A stretch of 63,975 bases of DNA, counting the filler, from Octopus bimaculoides (Eukaryota): the NCBI RefSeq assembly GCF_001194135.2. It is 9 parts of 8 records of this genome, joined end to end, with 100 filler letters (N's around TTAATTAATTAA, not from the genome) between each part and the next. Parts side by side here need not be neighbours in the genome. Positions count along the whole stretch, not along the records: positions 1 to 7,890 come from NC_068993.1; positions 7,991 to 13,266 come from NC_068995.1; 7 more parts are not named here. The stretch is one strand, 5' to 3'. Both the position numbers and the translations under genes were made by a program. Under the pieces are notes generated by a model. It was not told the origin of the DNA. It worked only from the letters and a program-made list of their open reading frames with translations, and did not search any database. This document shows, piece by piece, positions 1 through 11,642 of the stretch (the stretch's first letter is position 1; each line of letters opens with the position of its first letter).

Positions 1-59
1 TCAACAGGCCTACGCAGTGGAGTTTAGTGTCCAACTTAACTTGATTTCGATTTCACTTG

Positions 60-580
60 CCTCAATAGGTCTTCACAAGTGGAATTTAGTGTCCATTGAA
101 GGAAGGAAGGTTCGCATAAGTGGACTGGCTGGGCCTTAGATTTAGGTCTCACTTGGCTTGCCGGATCTTCTCGCGCACAGTATATTTCAAAAGGTCTCGG
201 TCAGAAGTCATCGCCTCGGTGAGGCCCAATGTTCGAAGGTCGTACCTTACCACCTCATCCCAGGTCTTCCTGGGCCTACCTCTTCCACAGGTTCCCTCAA
301 CTGCTAAGGTGTGGCACTTTTTCACACAGCTATCCATTCTCGCTACAATGACCATACCAGCGCAGTCGTCTCTCTTGCACACTACAACTGATGCTTCGTA
401 AGTTCAACTTTTCTCTGAAGGTACTGATACTCTGTCTAGTATGCACACTGACATTACACATCCATCGGAGCATACTGGCTTCATTCCTTGCGAGCCTACG
501 CATGTCCTCAGCAGTCACGGCCCATGTTTCACTGCCATGAAGCATGGCTGTTCGTACACATGAAGCATGGCTGTTCATCA
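60..580 (-). mobile_element. RTE-clade LINE, 3' fragment (RT C-terminus and start of 3'UTR)
   Basis: Minus-strand ORFs read CVRTAMLHGSETWAV...RRLRWYGH and GRGRPRKTWDEVV, typical RTE C-terminal motifs, split by a frameshift. Confidence 0.8.
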
Positions 581-699
581 TACCTTGATACTGTGTGGAC
601 TAAGATCCCCGTTGACAGGCCGCTGGTATTTATAGAGAGTGAAACACTCCCCCAGCAATAAAATCATAAGGACGGTTTCCCAGATTCTGTGGTATACAT

Positions 700-875
700 A
701 TTCCTTCCTTGGAATGGACACCGATCCGTCGCACGATTGCACGTTTTTGCTAGCTGAGTGGAGTGGAGCAACGTGAAATGAAGTGTTTCGCACAAGGACA
801 AAGCGCGTCACCCGGTCCAGGACCTGAAACTATATCTTGTGATCATGAGTGCAATTCCAAGCCACGCGACTCCAC
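700..875 (-). mobile_element. tRNA-headed SINE, family C, decayed copy
   Basis: Aligns with 60860-61109 (GCTGAGTGGA-TGGAGCAACGTGAAATGAAGTGTTT...CCCGGTCCAGGA...AAGCCACGCG). Confidence 0.7.
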
Positions 876-1329
876 TCTGTGTGTGTGCGTGTGTGTGTGA
901 AGCACTCTGTTGGGATCAAACTTAGCTGTATAAGTTGTCCAGTAATCCACGTTGGCTGTAAAATTACTTTGTGCTGTCGGTGCAATTTGTAAATCTGAAG
1001 TTGAAACACCGAATAAATTTTGTATAAGGTCACAGAATATAGAGAAAAAACACAAAGAAAGGAAAATTATAGATTCACTAATTTGCTCACGTGCGTTTCA
1101 GATAGGTTGGCATTTCAAAATTTTGCGATGCAGTAATCATGCATATAAATCGATCCCATATTCGATCGACTAAGATAGAGAAATTTAACACCATCCTATA
1201 CTTATCCTGTGGTATAGCTTTGATAAGGATAGGATGATATTAAATAGTTTTCGATGAATATACATGATTATCGCTTTGTAGAACTTTAAAACACCAACCA
1301 ATCTGATACGCGCGTAAGCGAATTAAAGA

Positions 1330-2350
1330 ATGTATAATTCTCCATTCTTTGTTTTTCCATAGCAGTATAACGGTTACTGTAGACTGCGCCTCTAAACATC
1401 CCAGAAATAGATTACCTATCGTAGATACTGAGCTGTGGATAGAAAATTCTATGATTAACCGAACTGTTAAAGCATGTTTACTCCACTCACACTATAACGT
1501 GAGTGGAGTAAACCTATGGTTAATCCACTGGTAATCCGTAGTGACCCTGTGATATCAAATACTACCAAAATCAACATCCTCGTGGTAGACTTGGTTAGAG
1601 TAATGAGGAACGTATCCCCATTATGCCAATCACAAGAACGATAACAACACATCCAGCACTACATATTCCGAACGCAACGTTCCGGTTACACACTGCGATA
1701 GAATCAGAGTGTACAAAGGAGCGAAAACGATATTCATAGCCCCCTATACTGCAATAAGTTCTGGAATAGGTTAGAGAGGGACACCAACAAAAGAAATAGA
1801 AATAATACTTGGTTTGATAATAAGCAGTTTCACAGTGTAATGTTTGTTGATGCTACACCTAGGAACGAATTAAGTAGGGCATTTAAGAAAATCCTGCGTA
1901 CAACTGGCCTTAAAATCAAAGTTGTAGAAACGACAGGTAGGACTATCAAATCTGTATTAAATAAGTCATACCAATTTGATAAAATCACGTGTCGGAATAA
2001 TTGTGCAGTATGTTCTACAAACCCACATATGAACTGCTAAAAGAAAAACACTATATACCAGATTAAGTGCCAAGAAGGGACTTGCGCGATTACCCTAGAG
2101 TCATATATTGGTGAGGTTTTTAGGAGCATCAATGATATGTTCAAAGAATACCTGAACAACTACACTGAAAAAACAACTCCATCTTCTACCAGCATGTAGT
2201 AGACTGCTACAATGACTCCTTAGGGAGACTTAGGTTAGACATCCTATCTATACATCCAACTAATGCAATATTGAGACAAGGTTCCACTCGGGAGTACCCG
2301 TCTATAATCACCCCTTTCTCTCATTTACATGTAGAAATCCATACATATAC
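1330..2350 (+). mobile_element. Penelope-like element fragment (RT thumb, linker, GIY-YIG), pseudogenised
   Basis: NNTWFDNKQFHSVMFVDATPRNELSRAFKKIL, a Cys-rich linker, then IYQIKC...YIGEVFRS GIY-YIG-like motif; multiple stops. Homologous at protein level to 48648-48950. Confidence 0.7.
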
Positions 2351-2858
2351 GTTAAGATGGGGAGAATATATATATATATATANNNNNNNNNNNNNNNNNN
2401 NNNNNNNNNNNNNNNNNNNNNNNNNNNNNNNNNNNNNNNNNNNNNNNNNNNNNNNNNNNNNNNNNNNNNNNNNNNNNNNNNNNNNNNNNNNNNNNNNNNN
2501 NNNNNNNNNNNNNNNNNNNNNNNNNNNNNNNNNNNNNNNNNNNNNNNNNNNNNNNNNNNNNNNNNNNNNNNNNNNNNNNNNNNNNNNNNNNNNNNNNNNN
2601 NNNNNNNNNNNNNNNNNNNNNNNNNNNNNNNNNNNNNNNNNNNNNNNNNNNNNNNNNNNNNNNNNNNNNNNNNNNNNNNNNNNNNNNNNNNNNNNNNNNN
2701 NNNNNNNNNNNNNNNNNNNNNNNNNNNNNNNNNNNNNNNNNNNNNNNNNNNNNNNNNNNNNNNNNNNNNNNNNNNNNNNNNNNNNNNNNNNNNNNNNNNN
2801 NNNNNNNNNNNNNNNNNNNNNNNNNNNNNNNNNNNNNNNNNNNNNNNNNNNNNNNNNN

Positions 2859-4965
2859 GGGGTGTGGGTTAGGCTGAGGGTGGAGTGTGGGTTAGGCTGA
2901 GGGTGGAGTGTGGGTTAGGCTGAGGGTGGGGTAGAAGTGGGGTATGTAGGAGTGGGTGTAAAGGATGGGGTGGGATGGATAGGGAAGGTGAGGTTGGATT
3001 GTGTAGGGGTGGGGTTACGAGGAGGAGTGACGATGAAGGGGGAGGCAGAAGTTCGGTAGGAGTGAAGAGAAGAGAGGAGAGTAGGAGTGAAGAGAAGAAG
3101 TAGGAGTCGGAGCAATAGAGGAGAGGTGGGTGGGAGGAAGTAGGTGTGAGTGGAAGAGAGGAGAGGGGGATGAGGGTTAGATGAGGAGGGGAGGAAAGAT
3201 GAGCCCATGTGACGCAAATGAGCGAGCGAAGNNNNNNNNNNNNNNNNNNNNNNNNNNNNNNNNNNNNNNNNNNNNNNNNNNNNNNNNNNNNNNNNNNNNN
3301 NNNNNNNNNNNNNNNNNNNNNNNNNNNNNNNNNNNNNNNNNNNNNNNNNNNNNNNNNNNNNNNNNNNNNNNNNNNNNNNNNNNNNNNNNNNNNNNNNNNN
3401 NNNNNNNNNNNNNNNNNNNNNNNNNNNNNNNNNNNNNNNNNNNNNNNNNNNNNNNNNNNNNNNNNNNNNNNNNNNNNNNNNNNNNNNNNNNNNNNNNNNN
3501 NNNNNNNNNNNNNNNNNNNNNNNNNNNNNNNNNNNNNNNNNNNNNNNNNNNNNNNNNNNNNNNNNNNNNNNNNNNNNNNNNNNNNNNNNNNNNNNNNNNN
3601 NNNNNNNNNNNNNNNNNNNNNNNNNNNNNNNNNNNNNNNNNNNNNNNNNNNNNNNNNNNNNNNNNNNNNNNNNNNNNNNNNNNNNNNNNNNNNNNNNNNN
3701 NNNNNNNNNNNNNNNNNNNNNNNNNNNNNNNNNNNNNNNNNNNNNNNNNNNNNNNNNNNNNNNNNNNNNNNNNNNCTGGAGTCGCCGGAAGGCTCGGAGA
3801 ATGGCACGTTGGAGAGGTAGGGTGGTGGGGTGGTAGGTGAGGGGAAACGGGAGACGGCGGTGCTGGTGCGGGGAGAGAGAGAGCAGATGCACGATCCACG
3901 GAACGTGCTCTGGCAAGGGCGGTGTGGATAGTGGTGAGAGGATATCCACGTCGGTTGAAGTGGCGAGCCATGAGTTGAGACTGAGTCTCAAAGTCATGAT
4001 CGTCACTACGGAGCCTGCGTAGATGGAGGAATTGGGTATAGGGGATGGAAAGCTTGGTGTGTTTAGGGTGGGAGGAGGAGAAGTTGAGGTATGAGTGTGA
4101 GTCTGTGTGTTTGTAATGGATGGAGGTGGTGAGAGTGGAGTGATAAATGCTGACCGAAATATCAAGAAAGGAGACATAGGTGTCAGAGATAGTGCAAGAG
4201 AAGTGGAGGGCAGGATGGAAAGATTTGACAAAAGAGAGGAAGGAGTGTAGATGTTCGCGGGAGAGTGAGGTCGCACCGATGCAGTCGTCAATATAACGGC
4301 CGTATAGTTCGTGAGTTGGACTAGTGAAACTTGAGAATATGTAGGCCTCAACGTAGCCAACGAACAGGTTCGCATAGTTGGGGCCCATTCTCGTTTCCAT
4401 AGCCACTCCCTAGATCTGCTGGTAAAAATCACCAGCGAGCGAGAAGCAGTTGAGTGAGAGGACAAGTTCGGCCAGACGAACGAGTGTGGATGTGACGGGT
4501 TGGGGATTGGGTCGAAGGTCAAGGAAATGTTGGTGTGCACGCAGTCTCTCGTCGTGAAGGATCACCGTGTAAAAGCTCTGGATGCCGAGAGTAAAGAGAA
4601 GTTTAGAGGGGCCAGGAAGGAAGGAGAAAGAGTTGAACAAACGAAGCGCGCGGTTTGTGTCATGGATGTGAGAGGGGAGGGAAGCCACTAGGGGAGCAAG
4701 GACATGGTCAAGATAACTACTAAATAGTGGGGATGCGAGGGGTGCGGACAATGAGATTGGAGGCGGTGGGGGAAGACGGGAGGAGGAGATGAGGTCATGG
4801 ATAGTGGAAGATACAATCTGTTGGTAGCTGGGCGTGAGATCAGAGGGAAGAGGGCAGTAGAAGGAGGTGTCTTGAAGTTGGCGGAGAGCTTCTGCCTAGT
4901 AGAGGTCCGCGCGCCACACCACCACGGCTCCACTCTTGTTGGCCGGTTTTATGATGATGTCAGTG
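2859..4965 (-). mobile_element. GC-rich Penelope-like element (Neptune-like RT), interrupted by gap 3232-3775
   Basis: KPANKSGAVVVW...; AMETRMGPNYANLFVGYVE...RYIDD...FLDISV...YKHTDSHSYLNFSSSHP...SIPYTQFLHLRR...RRGYP are PLE RT motifs; contains frameshifts and stops. Confidence 0.85.
2866..2930 (+). repeat. 23-bp G-rich tandem repeat (~2.8 copies)
   Basis: GGGTTAGGCTGAGGGTGGAGTGT repeated next to a gap. Confidence 0.85.
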
Positions 4966-4989
4966 CGGCGTTAGAAACATCGAAGAGGA

Positions 4990-5390
4990 GATGTTCAGAT
5001 GACGGCACCTGTAATTTTAGCATCCAATTCAACTTCTTGCCTTATGGTACCCGAGATAATTAAACTTCTCCAATTACCTCAGTGATGTTCCACTATGATG
5101 TAGAGTGCACTGGGACGAGTTCCTTGACAAGTTAATGTCTCAATCACCGCAACATTAATTTTCATCCTTGCCTCGCAGCACTCGGCAGCTAAACCCATCC
5201 AGCTAAACTCCATACTGGAGATCATCATCTGATGAGCCAAAAAGCACCTTGTCCTACGCACACTAATTGTGTCGCCACTTCCACAACGGTTACACATGTC
5301 AATCCAGGCCTTACTATACTTTTCTGCTGGAAGTAGGTTCTCCATTTTCTCAACACAGGGATAAGTATCCATAAATATACCTGGTATAGG
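4990..5390 (-). mobile_element. Heavily decayed LINE reverse-transcriptase fragment
   Basis: CCEARMKINV followed (frame-shifted) by an E-V-I...F-x-Y-L-G-like segment and LDAKI, resembling RT domains 6-7. Confidence 0.4.
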
Positions 5391-5404
5391 GATACTTTAG
5401 AACA

Positions 5405-5540
5405 GAGGTTACGGCTAGAATTTGTGTTTGTCTCTGATCACTTTGATTCTGTGCTAGCCGTCCGTGAAAAGAGAGGGGCTGAGCTATCAATTGATCACCA
5501 CCAAGTCGTCTGCAACCTAAGACTACCTTCCGCGGGGAGA
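5405..5540 (+). mobile_element. LINE apurinic endonuclease C-terminal fragment
   Basis: Translates to FVFVSDHFDSVLAVREKRGAELSIDHHQVVCNLR, resembling the RGAELSTDHHLVV motif of RTE-type endonucleases. Confidence 0.55.
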
Positions 5541-5599
5541 ACTCACAAAGCTAATACGTCCAGTGAGAAAGTGGGATGCACCGGCGGATGAAAGGATCA

Positions 5600-5720
5600 G
5601 AAATAAATATACACATTCTATCGTTCTCTTTTGCTGAACCGATAGGTTACAAGGAGGTAAACAAACCAACGCTACTTGCGAAGCAGTGGTGTGGGACAAG
5701 CACAAGACACATACACGCAC
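5600..5720 (-). mobile_element. SINE family B, central fragment
   Basis: TTCTATCG...TTTTGCTGAACCG...GTAAACAAACCAAC...GCAGTGGTG.GGGACAAGCAC matches family B copies such as 34765-35075. Confidence 0.5.
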
Positions 5721-5722
5721 AT

Positions 5723-5784
<62 letters not shown>

Positions 5785-6249
5785 NNNNNNNNNNNNNNNN
5801 NNNNNNNNNNNNNNNNNNNNNNNNNNNNNNNNNNNNNNNNNNNNNNNNNNNNNNNNNNNNNNNNNNNNNNNNNNNNNNNNNNNNNNNNNNNNNNNNNNNN
5901 NNNNNNNNNNNNNNNNNNNNNNNNNNNNNNNNNNNNNNNNNNNNNNNNNNNNNNNNNNNNNNNNNNNNNNNNNNNNNNNNNNNNNNNNNNNNNNNNNNNN
6001 NNNNNNNNNNNNNNNNNNNNNNNNNNNNNNNNNNNNNNNNNNNNNNNNNNNNNNNNNNNNNNNNNNNNNNNNNNNNNNNNNNNNNNNNNNNNNNNNNNNN
6101 NNNNNNNNNNNNNNNNNNNNNNNNNNNNNNNNNNNNNNNNNNNNNNNNNNNNNNNNNNNNNNNNNNNNNNNNNNNNNNNNNNNNNNTTTTAATTTTCAAT
6201 AATTTGAATTTAATTGAGTTTTTACCTGTAAATTTGGATTTTTATCCCC

Positions 6250-6251
6250 AC

Positions 6252-6293
<42 letters not shown>

Positions 6294-6392
6294 TATTATT
6301 ATTATTATTTTTATATATATATATATATACACGCACACACGTACATAGATACATACATACACACACACACACACACAGAGACACACACACAG

Positions 6393-6429
<37 letters not shown>

Positions 6430-6497
6430 ATACAAAATTACGATGTTGATATAATATATACATATTCGATATATAGATACGCAAGCGCGCATGTAGT

Positions 6498-6583
<86 letters not shown>

Positions 6584-6600
6584 TGTGTGTGTGGTATAAT
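6250..6600. repeat. Microsatellite cluster (ATT)n, (AT)n, (CA)n, (GT)n
   Basis: Visible directly; representative of dozens of simple repeats in the window, many abutting gaps. Confidence 0.95.
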
Positions 6601-7694
6601 GTGCTCATGCATGTTATGAAGTGTGTGAATTCAAGTTATATAGGTAAGGAATTTACAACTAAACAATACCAAAGGCGTGAATGAATTAATGAATTAATGA
6701 ATGATTTGAAAATGAATAAATTTTTGACGACGTTGATGCCATCGTTTTCAGACGAGGTAATTCATTATGTTCTTATTTATAAATGAGAATTGATAACGTT
6801 GATTACATACCCCTGTTACAATGTAAGGCTGCATATATGTCTCTGCAAATCCAGAATACTTGTGCGGTTTGAAGTTATCTTTGTATCATGATTAAGTAGT
6901 CCTTGGCAAACTCGTTATTCATCTCATCCTAAATTGTCAAAATTAATCTTATTTCTTACATTTTTGCTCCTATAGAAAGACTGCATTTGGAGTTGTAGAT
7001 TTGCGGTACTGCTCTCTGACTCAAATGTGTGTTGTTATATTCGATATTTGTACTACCACGCTGGCATGTTAAGCGGTATACCTCACTTGATTCAGAACAC
7101 TTTGGGTGACTACTGTCTGGCTCTCTGTTCTGATTGGACAGCTGCTAAAAGTGATGGTTCTGTGGCTGCTGGAAATACTATATCATAAAACATCTGCTGT
7201 TGTTTTTGTCAAGGTAACTACGACATACCTTGTCTCGTTCCACAGAGGTATTATCTTGTTTGTTGTTGGAAGAAATTTTTAAAATTAATTGTTTTCTTGA
7301 CAACATTTTTAACACCTCGTTCGTGTTTTACTGAGCATCTTAAAGGCTTGCATCATGCATAAAAGGTTTGTAACTTGAACTACGGATCAGGTTATTACGC
7401 TGTGATTGATTTCTTTCCCTTTTAAGGAATTAGTTTTCTTTTCTTTCTCTATCTGACGGATATAATGAGTATTATTTTTCTTAATAGTATTTTCCGTGAG
7501 CCCGATCATACACTAAGTCGACACTGCTTAGGCACGTATCATGAAGTGGTTCTTGTAGTTCCATTTAGCTGTCCTTTTGAGAGGACACTTACAAAAAGAA
7601 GACACTGCGGTCGCTAAATGTAGACATAGACAAAAGAATCATCAAAAACTATTTTCTAACAACAAACAGGATATCACATAATAGACATACACAC

Positions 7695-7800
7695 TTGCCA
7701 ACCACATGTTTCCCGGTTCTGTTCCACTGTGTGACACATTGGGTAAGTGTCCTGAGTGGACCGAAACCCTGTGAGAGGATTTGATTAAAGGAAGCTGAAT
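7695..7800 (+). mobile_element. SINE family B head, decayed
   Basis: CCAACCACATG...CCGGTTC..TTCCACTGTGTGACAC.TTGGGTAAGTGTC matches the family B 5' region. Confidence 0.5.
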
Positions 7801-7851
7801 ATATATATATAACCTAGAGAGTGCTTCTCTTTCGGATTTATGATATACTGA

Positions 7852-7890
<39 letters not shown>

Positions 7891-7934
7891 NNNNNNNNNN
7901 NNNNNNNNNNNNNNNNNNNNNNNNNNNNNNNNNN

Positions 7935-7946
7935 TTAATTAATTAA
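7935..7946. other. Assembly spacer TTAATTAATTAA (six-frame stop linker); also at 13311, 15654, 25799, 42039, 49142, 56639, 62887
   Basis: Always embedded in ~44 N on each side, giving ~100-bp blocks; contains TAA in all frames on both strands. Confidence 0.95.
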
Positions 7947-7990
7947 NNNNNNNNNNNNNNNNNNNNNNNNNNNNNNNNNNNNNNNNNNNN

Positions 7991-8300
7991 CCTCCTTGTT
8001 CCACCACCACGTTACTCTGGGTCGAGAGGGGACCTTACACCACCCACAGATCTGGTCGGTGGCTTTCAACAGGTTGTCCCGCAGAAATCTCCAATTGTCT
8101 TCCACGTTGTATGATGCTATATCCCCTTCTATTTCGTTAAATGCTTCAAGTAACCTGTCTCTAAGTCTCTGTCCATTTGCAGGGTCTTTAAGCTTCCACA
8201 CCCTTCTCCTCCAAGCCGGTCTAATTCTGGGCACCCATTTTGCCTTGATCCCAAAGTCGCTAGGATTTACAATAATTACAGGAGTGGTGCTAACTGGCTG
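7991..8300 (-). mobile_element. RTE LINE fragment (endonuclease-RT linker)
   Basis: RRRVWKLKDP...NWRFLRDNLLKATDQICGW...TWWWN is the typical RTE linker. Confidence 0.75.
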
Positions 8301-11189
8301 AATCAGATGAATTATTACCTACTTGGTAGACTGGGTTACAGAAGGCATTTTTCTATTATATACCAGATCATGGTATACTTTTGCAATACATTTGGAGGCA
8401 TGTTATTTTATCCCCAAAATAAACTTTCAAACAAAGTGAACAACGCCTTGAATTTCGCTGATAACCATAAAATTCAAAAAGATAAATAGAAGTAAGTTAC
8501 TGAGAAAGCCAACATCAGAAATGGAATATTCTTGGGGGATGGTCAATTATAACAATCTGTTTAATTTTTCTAAAAATACTATATTTTCAAATTTACTTTG
8601 CTTCAATTTTTTAATTTATCAGTAAGGTGGAGTGATAAATTCTGCTTAGTTATATTAGTGAATACTTTCATTTGGTATAAAATAGAAAAACGCATTGACA
8701 ATGTTTCTATTTACTATATAACAATCAAATATAAATGCAATTTTCTTCAATTGAAAATTCATTAACGTACATAATTCTTATTTAATAGCCTATTTAGTTG
8801 AATATTAACCAATACCTAATTTTACATGGTATCTACACAAAATTTTAATAATCTTATATTTCACTGTGTTTACTTGTAATTAGAGTAGCTTTGGGGTAAA
8901 AATTCCATCTTAGGTATTTATACAGTAATAGTATATCAATTAAAAAAAAGCTATAGTTGTTAATGAAACCCATCTAAATTCTTGATTTTTAAAAAATTGG
9001 ATTGTGACTTACAGGAGATATATAGGAAAACAACCTCTTCAAATAGAAAAATGACAGNNNNNNNNNNNNNNNNNNNNNNNNNNNNNNNNNNNNNNNNNNN
9101 NNNNNNNNNNNNNNNNNNNNNNNNNNNNNNNNNNNNNNNNNNNNNNNNNNNNNNNNNNNNNNNNNNNNNNNNNNNNNNNNNNNNNNNNNNNNNNNNNNNN
9201 NNNNNNNNNNNNNNNNNNNNNNNNNNNNNNNNNNNNNNNNNNNNNNNNNNNNNNNNNNNNNNNNNNNNNNNNNNNNNNNNNNNNNNNNNNNNNNNNNNNN
9301 NNNNNNNNNNNNNNNNNNNNNNNNNNNNNNNNNNNNNNNNNNNNNNNNNNNNNNNNNNNNNNNNNNNNNNNNNNNNNNNNNNNNNNNNNNNNNNNNNNNN
9401 NNNNNNNNNNNNNNNNNNNNNNNNNNNNNNNNNNNNNNNNNNNNNNNNNNNNNNNNNNNNNNNNNNNNNNNNNNNNNNNNNNNNNNNNNNNNNNNNNNNN
9501 NNNNNNNNNNNNNNNNNNNNNNNNNNNNNNNNNNNNNNNNNNNNNNNNNNNNNNNNNNNNNNNNNNNNNNNNNNNNNNNNNNNNNNNNNNNNNNNNNNNN
9601 NNNNNNNNNNNNNNNNNNNNNNNNNNNNNNNNNNNNNNNNNNNNNNNNNNNNNNNNNNNNNNNNNNNNNNNNNNNNNNNNNNNNNNNNNNNNNNNNNNNN
9701 NNNNNNNNNNNNNNNNNNNNNNNNNNNNNNNNNNNNNNNNNNNNNNNNNNNNNNNNNNNNNNNNNNNNNNNNNNNNNNNNNNNNNNNNNNNNNNNNNNNN
9801 NNNNNNNNNNNNNNNNNNNNNNNNNNNNNNNNNNNNNNNNNNNNNNNNNNNNNNNNNNNNNNNNNNNNNNNNNNNNNNNNNNNNNNNNNNNNNNNNNNNN
9901 NNNNNNNNNNNNNNNNNNNNNNNNNNNNNNNNNNNNNNNNNNNNNNNNNNNTGAAAATAAAATAATTTGGAAATTCATACTATAAACACTTATTAAAAAA
10001 TCTGTGTGAAGCTTTCTTAAATTACAAAGTATGTTTTTTTCTTTTTAGTTTACACAGCCATCACAGATACATTCAATTTCAACAAATGTGATTTGTGTTT
10101 AGTTTTCTTTCTTCTTCTCTTTATCTCGTGTAACTTCTGGCTAATTCTGTCATTTCAATTTGATCTTTCGTTTTCCCACAGGCATGTTCATAAAAATGAT
10201 CTATCTACAAAAAAAAAAAAAACAGTTAAAAGAATAAAGATTTACAGCTTGTGTAATTTCATTCTCTCATTCATGAACAGTGTACAATCCTCAATAATCA
10301 TGTTTATAATGAGGAAAACAATTAGTTTTTAAATCTCTGAGCGAGAAGTAACATGGGAGTCCTGATTACAATAATGTTACTACTTTTTTTGCCCCAGATA
10401 AACATCTTTTCCAGCTGACTACCGATGTACAACATGTTTATAATGCTCTTTAGAAGACTAATAGTCACTTGAACATTGGATAGTTTTCACAAATTGGAAA
10501 TAGATGACACCACTTGTATGAGAGTGATATTTGTTTACAATTATCATGTCATCCATCTAAGTAGAACTGAGGCTGTCAAGCCTTCCCCCACAACTCATCT
10601 GTTCTCTTCACTTCCCACCAAACAGAACTGATATCCTTTGTGTCCAACTCATTCCCTATCTCTAATCATCTGTCACACTATTCTGTGTCATATTCATATT
10701 GTACCTGGACCTCACACCTCATTTTTCTGTCTTTTCATTTTCCAGGTGGACAAGCCATGTATGCACCTCTTCAATAAGACACCAGCTCTTCTCCCTCTAT
10801 CATAGTTTCTTACTCCAGTCTATACTCTGCTCAGTTGAGGAGTCTTATCTTGTGGGTACTTCATGACTTCACCAGTGCTAGTGCCACATAAAAAGCAACT
10901 AGTATACTCTGTTAAGTAGTTCACATTAAGAAGAGCATCTAGCTGAAGAAGCCATGCTTAAACACAGAGAACCTGACAGAGCCCTCTACTCATATGTTCT
11001 TGTCAAAGAGTCCAACCCATACAAACATGGAAAAAGGGACTTTAAATGATATGAAACAGGCTTCTTTCAGTTTTCATCAACCAAATCTCACTAGGATTGG
11101 CTGGTTAAAGGATTTAGTAGACAATACTTGCCCAAGATGCCATGTGGTGAGAGCAGGCTTCTTAACACAGTCAAGCTTGCGCCTATACA

Positions 11190-11565
11190 CAACACAGATC
11201 AGATGGAATTTGAGGGAGATTTTCTATGGCATGATGCCCTTCTTGTTGCCAACCCTCACCTGTTTCCAAGCAAGGTAACATTTCGCCATGACTGGACATG
11301 TTTTCACAGAAGACTGAAAATGAAGGATACTGCTTATACAACAGTGATACTCATTTCCAACAGTTGTATAATGTCAACACAAAGAAACAAATACACACAA
11401 ACACATCCAATGGGCTTCTTTCAGTTTCCACCTACCAAATCGACTCAAACGGCTTTGGCTGGTAGAAGATATTTGCTCAAGAGGTCATGCAGTGGGACTA
11501 AACCCAAATCCATGTAGTTGGTTAGCAAACTTCTTAATCACACAACCAAGTTTGTACCTACGATA
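11190..11565 (-). mobile_element. SINE with family B head and RTE-like tail (related fragments at 10465-10560 and 14515-14700)
   Basis: Family B head (GGGACTAAACCC...CTTCTTAATCACACAACC on +) joined to GATGCCCTTCTTGTTGCCAACC, which resembles the RTE 3'UTR at 13130-13150; CpG-decayed. Confidence 0.55.
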
Positions 11566-11577
11566 CATATATACACA

Positions 11578-11642
<65 letters not shown>

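Noticed and set aside
6970-7600. Coding-like segment, possible exon or transposase relic
   Set aside because: All six frames are interrupted and no recognisable motif was found.
7935-7946. TTAATTAATTAA recurring eight times as a biological motif
   Set aside because: Each instance sits in the middle of a ~100-bp N block; it is an artificial scaffold spacer.
8330-8460. Exon candidates DWVTEGIFLLYTRSWY (plus) and KFKALFTLFESLFWG (minus, TRP-like)
   Set aside because: The two readings are mutually exclusive, lack canonical donors in the right place, and are too short to support a call.
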